This document shows positions 59,558 through 64,000 of a stretch of 64,000 nt of DNA, one piece after another. A program made the translations under genes and the position numbers. Source of the stretch: Chlorokybus atmophyticus (Eukaryota; Plantae; Mesostigma and Chlorokybus algae); NCBI GenBank assembly GCA_009103225.1, contig RHPI01003009.1, forward strand, positions 86,091-150,090, read 5' to 3'. Numbering within the stretch: the stretch's first letter is position 1; the number at the start of each line of letters is the position of its first letter. The notes beneath the pieces were generated by a model. That model did not search any database, had not been told where the DNA came from, and worked only from the letters and a program-made list of their open reading frames with translations.

Positions 59558-62500
59558 CGTGTAAACACTTTCGCTCTTGCTTATCTGCGTCAACGGAAGC
59601 TACAAATAGCTACCACATGCAATGGCATCGCATAGTGTCCAGCGCTTGCCATGAAACAGCAAGGACTTGACCGCAGACAGAGATGTGGACAGTGCCCGAC
59701 TGCGTGTGTGCATTTGCAAACAAGATGCCGATGCGCTTAGAATGCCAACATGACTCCAGCCAGGTATGCCCAGCGCATGTGTAGCTCACGCAATGTGCAT
59801 TGGCAAATAATTCTTTAGCAGCTTCTTGCACCCTCGGTTGCAATATGCGGGGTATATCATATTGACTACTTGCATGTGCAACTAAGAGATAGTGGCCGCT
59901 GGTAGGTGTGCAGCAGTTGGTTGGAGCAAAGGCTGTGTATGAGGCGACCATGTTTACTGCGCAATGGATGCGATATGATTGTGCCATAAGAGATTTGGAG
60001 CTAGAAACGTCCGGAGTAAGGTGTGTGGCTGTGCACTGCCCAGTGCAATTTACTTTCAGTGTGCTGAAGGTTGTTTTGCTTGTGTGCTCATTCACTACAG
60101 GTTCAACGTTACATCACATAACTGAGCGCGTTGACCTAGCCATGGCGTGTTGATGGCTTGGTAACAGGAAGGGCTGCACACTCGCAGTGCATACTGCCTA
60201 TACTGGAGTGTAAACTACCTCTGACATGTGTCTTGGACAAACAACACTCAGGAGGGTAAGCCATTAACTGTGCAGCAAGGTTGTGAGTTTGCTCATTACA
60301 CTTGTCTCAACTTTGACCATCTCGGCTGCCTTTGCGTATGTGTGCGCAGGCATGGCGGCCACCATGTCTGCAGGTTCTTGTCAGACACGGGTAATGGCTA
60401 ACTGCTGTTGTGGTAGATATGTGTCTATGTCCGGCACAGTAGCATTACTCCTTTTGTACCACCTGTGTCGAATAGTGTCAACTAACAATTGTGGACACTA
60501 GATAACATTCGGGCGCACATATGGTTATGCCATGTTGGCAGCTGTGACATGTTAAAAACATGGTGACTGCTTGTAATGAACCCTTTTAAGAACTAACTGG
60601 TTCTTTGCTGGCATGGGCATGCGCATGGTTTGGGAACATGGCTGATGCATGTTGAACAGGACAGCTTATAATAAAGGCTGGTAATGTGTCAACAACGCAT
60701 CATTTGCGGCCGGAAGGGCTTGGAACTATTTTAACTATTTTAAGCTTCATCATTTGTGCGGGNNNNNNNNNNNNNNNNNNNNNNNNNNNNNNNNNNNNNN
60801 NNNNNNNNNNNNNNNNNNNNNNNNNNNNNNNNNNNNNNNNNNNNNNNNNNNNNNNNNNNNNNNNNNNNNNNNNNNNNNNNNNNNNNNNNNNNNNNNNNNN
60901 NNNNNNNNNNNNNNNNNNNNNNNNNNNNNNNNNNNNNNNNNNNNNNNNNNNNNNNNNNNNNNNNNNNNNNNNNNNNNNNNNNNNNNNNNNNNNNNNNNNN
61001 NNNNNNNNNNNNNNNNNNNNNNNNNNNNNNNNNNNNNNNNNNNNNNNNNNNNNNNNNNNNNNNNNNNNNNNNNNNNNNNNNNNNNNNNNNNNNNNNNNNN
61101 NNNNNNNNNNNNNNNNNNNNNNNNNNNNNNNNNNNNNNNNNNNNNNNNNNNNNNNNNNNNNNNNNNNNNNNNNNNNNNNNNNNNNNNNNNNNNNNNNNNN
61201 NNNNNNNNNNNNNNNNNNNNNNNNNNNNNNNNNNNNNNNNNNNNNNNNNNNNNNNNNNNGGGGGAGGGGGGGCCTCCATCTAAATGAACACAGTAACACA
61301 GCTGTGGCATAACGACTTCATTTGTATCGACAAGACCTTTAAGCATACGTTTGTACATGGCATACCATGATCTATACCCATACATAAACTCAAGTGCGCA
61401 TGATGATTCAACCACAACCAACAAACATGCGATTTGTATTTAGTGTCACCATTGTTGCATTTTTGAAGGGTACGCAACTTTCAACATGTGATAATGTTAA
61501 TTCACTCAACATAGTTGTGTATATTCAGGCTGTTTGATATGTGTATAGTTGTTAAGCAAGAACAACTTGAATGCATGCGTGCACATGCGCAATCGAGCAT
61601 TAAAAAAACATTTTAAACAATTTTGAATTCAATTAAACATTAAAAGCAGCTTTTGATAGCATAAGATACGAAACTGGTTACACACAATAGTATAACCTCT
61701 CCATTGTAAACCGCCGACCAAGAGATCTTGCCTTGTAAGAGACATTTTTGAGGAAACATATCGTTACCAAATCTTCAAATCTCTTCCATCTAAGAGCAAG
61801 AAACCTCGCAATAGGAAACCTTAACAACATGGATTTTCTCTTACACGGAGGGTGCATTATAAAATTTATTAGTAAGTATGCTTTATGAGAATGATACTTT
61901 CCTGAACATGAGCAAGTGTTATACATATATTTGTGTCACAGCATTACATAGCATCACAAGCTGTAAAATGCGTGATGTGTTTGACGTAACCTCGATATAG
62001 ACTATGCTCTTACATCGAGGAAAGAGACCCTTGTTGTAAGAGACAAAGTGCAGGGAATAAACATGTCTTCTAGATCCATGTCATACTGCATACCATGCAC
62101 ACGCAACGTAACGGCACAAACAAATACACATGCAACTATTACGCTAATGAAAAATGGATCAAGAGGGGAGGCATGCAATTGCGAGATTAAAAAAACAGCA
62201 ATAGCTTAACATGTCCCTATCGCATAGAAGAAGAGAGGACATGAGGAGAGGGATTGGACTGCATTTGCTTATTGCGTATCCTCTGATAAGACATGCAATT
62301 ACCAAATGCAATTTAATGACAAGATTTTTGTGTTACAAATACGACCACATATATCCGTTTAACTATTCTTACAACAACCTGTAAGTTGGGTTATCCGTTT
62401 AACATATCATCTTACATTGCGGACAACGCCTGTTTGATCTGACAGCGTGACAGTTCCATTACACCACTTCACCACTAGCTTTCGTGTTGTGGGCTCCCAA

Positions 62501-63089
62501 TAGGGGAACCGAGTCAAAAACGCAACATGTCATCTCGTAAAAGGCAACCTTATACAGTGGTAAGGCCAAGGCGTTCTCGCTACGCAACACGGACATTCAG
62601 ACGACGACAGGTGATGCCGGGGAAGGCGGTGAGGAGGAGGCGTCGGAGGAGGAGCAGGAGGGCGGTTATCAGACAACCCCCGCTGTGTTGTGAAACCTGT
62701 CGACGGCATAGCTAAGCTTGGGGCACGGGGGGGCTTGATTACAAGCTGGCATTGTCGAGCTTCCACCTGCTGCGGCTCATGCAGTGTAGCCCTTCAAGGT
62801 AGGCTGGAAGGCTTGGCCTCCATCTTGCAGCTTGGCTTGCATGCGCGTGTGCATGTATGAAGGTTCCTGAATGCAGTTGATCTGGTGACTGTGCAGCATG
62901 TTGGCTACATATTGGCAAGCTCACTTTGTTGCCCGTCAGAATGCAAGCACGCTTGTGAGCAAGCTGGCGCGCATTCACCTGCTTGTTACCCACTGCACGC
63001 AACTCAGGAAGGGCCTGAGCCAGTCAAAAAGTTCAACCACGACCAACTGCAAGTCAAGTCGGGCACTGTGGTGAAGTCACAACACGAGC

Positions 63090-64000
63090 ATGGCAAGCGT
63101 TTTCCAGCAGTCTGCTGCCCGTAGCTTTGCCTTGAGAAGTTCTGAGGTACCAGAACGGCAGCCGCTGCTGGACGACGGCAGTGCCAATGACAACCAGTCC
63201 GCAGCGACCATCAGGTGAGCCATATAATTCATAACTTGCAGTTCAAACTTATAAAAGACATGCACCCGCCATTACACAATCACCTGCAATGCTGTTTGCT
63301 CGTATGTTACTGGCTTGCAAGTGCTGTATCCGGTTTGTCAAGCGCTGAAGCAAGCGTGCGTTGGCGATGGCGACTGTTCGTACGTATAATGACAACTGCA
63401 GGCCAGGCTTGTACTCACGTGCAAACGATTCGTGGTTCAGTTATATAACCCGCTGGACATGTTGAGGTGTTGCAATGGATCAAACTAATTGTCTATTGCT
63501 TGTCTCATCTATCAGGCCGTCTTCCAGCCTGCTCATGTTGGACTCCATCGAGCGGACGGAAGAGACGTTGCCACCCCCAGACCTGTGCAGATGGAAGCGT
63601 GTAAGCATGCACGAACAGGATTTAGCTCTCGCCAAGCGAAGGCGACAAGTGCGCATGTACTCTACACGCGACAGGTGGATAATCGAGCCAAGGTGAGTTG
63701 CAAAGTCTATACATCATGCGCAAAGGACAGTGTCCGTCATGCCATGCTTAGCTGAGTTGCGATAACCTGTGCATGACAGGTCAATATGGATGAGGCATTG
63801 GGACTTGGTCATGCTACTGTTCCTGGCATACACAGCTATCGTCACACCGTACGAGGCAGGCCAGAGTAACTACTTTTATGCAAGGGCTTTTGGACACAGT
63901 CTGAGCTTGTCAACATCTTATAGCTAACTACTGTTTGCTATGTTTGCAGTCTTGCTTCCTGGACACGCAATGGACTGACCCATTGTTCTGGATTAATCGT
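63090..64000 (+). CDS. Voltage-gated/CNBD-family cation (K+) channel, 5' part, truncated by the window end
   Basis: Spliced WIIEPR|SIWMRHWDLVMLLFLAYTAIVTPYE|SCFLDTQWTDPLFWINR matches the pre-S1/S1/S2 pattern of KCNH/HCN/plant Shaker-like channels. Start is inferred. Confidence 0.75.

Noticed and set aside
60686-61424. Long ORFs across 60.7-61.3 kb
   Set aside because: Artefacts of a ~500-N assembly gap; likewise at 26.5 kb and 53.1 kb.

Overview
Intron-rich eukaryotic genomic DNA with short GT-AG introns, many CA/GT microsatellites and three N gaps. It is most consistent with a flagellate green alga, possibly an early streptophyte. This is inferred from plant-type cyclin B, SCP2 and DnaJ-ZnF genes together with selenocysteine use and an outer-dynein-arm-type gene; no database was searched. 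Housekeeping genes: cyclin B, a histidine phosphatase, CCDC25, an ODA docking-complex-like coiled-coil protein, a plastid DnaJ-type zinc finger, SCP2, PPAN, STN1 and the 5' part of a CNBD-type K+ channel. The most interesting content is invisible in the ORF track. (1) Two tandem SELENOW-like selenoprotein genes carry the Sec TGA in an 11-nt micro-exon and each has a SECIS; one has an MGNCC lipid-anchor N-terminus. (2) A six-exon actobindin-like protein has five WH2 repeats. (3) Three copies of a bacterial-looking secreted GSDH-PKD-lectin gene are present: one intact, one with a single nonsense codon, one decayed. (4) A young tandem-array TRIM retroelement (5 identical 89-bp LTRs, PBS, PPT, 5-bp TSD, tRNA-like A/B boxes) is inserted in an exon of the third copy. 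All family assignments rest on recalled motifs and hand splicing.
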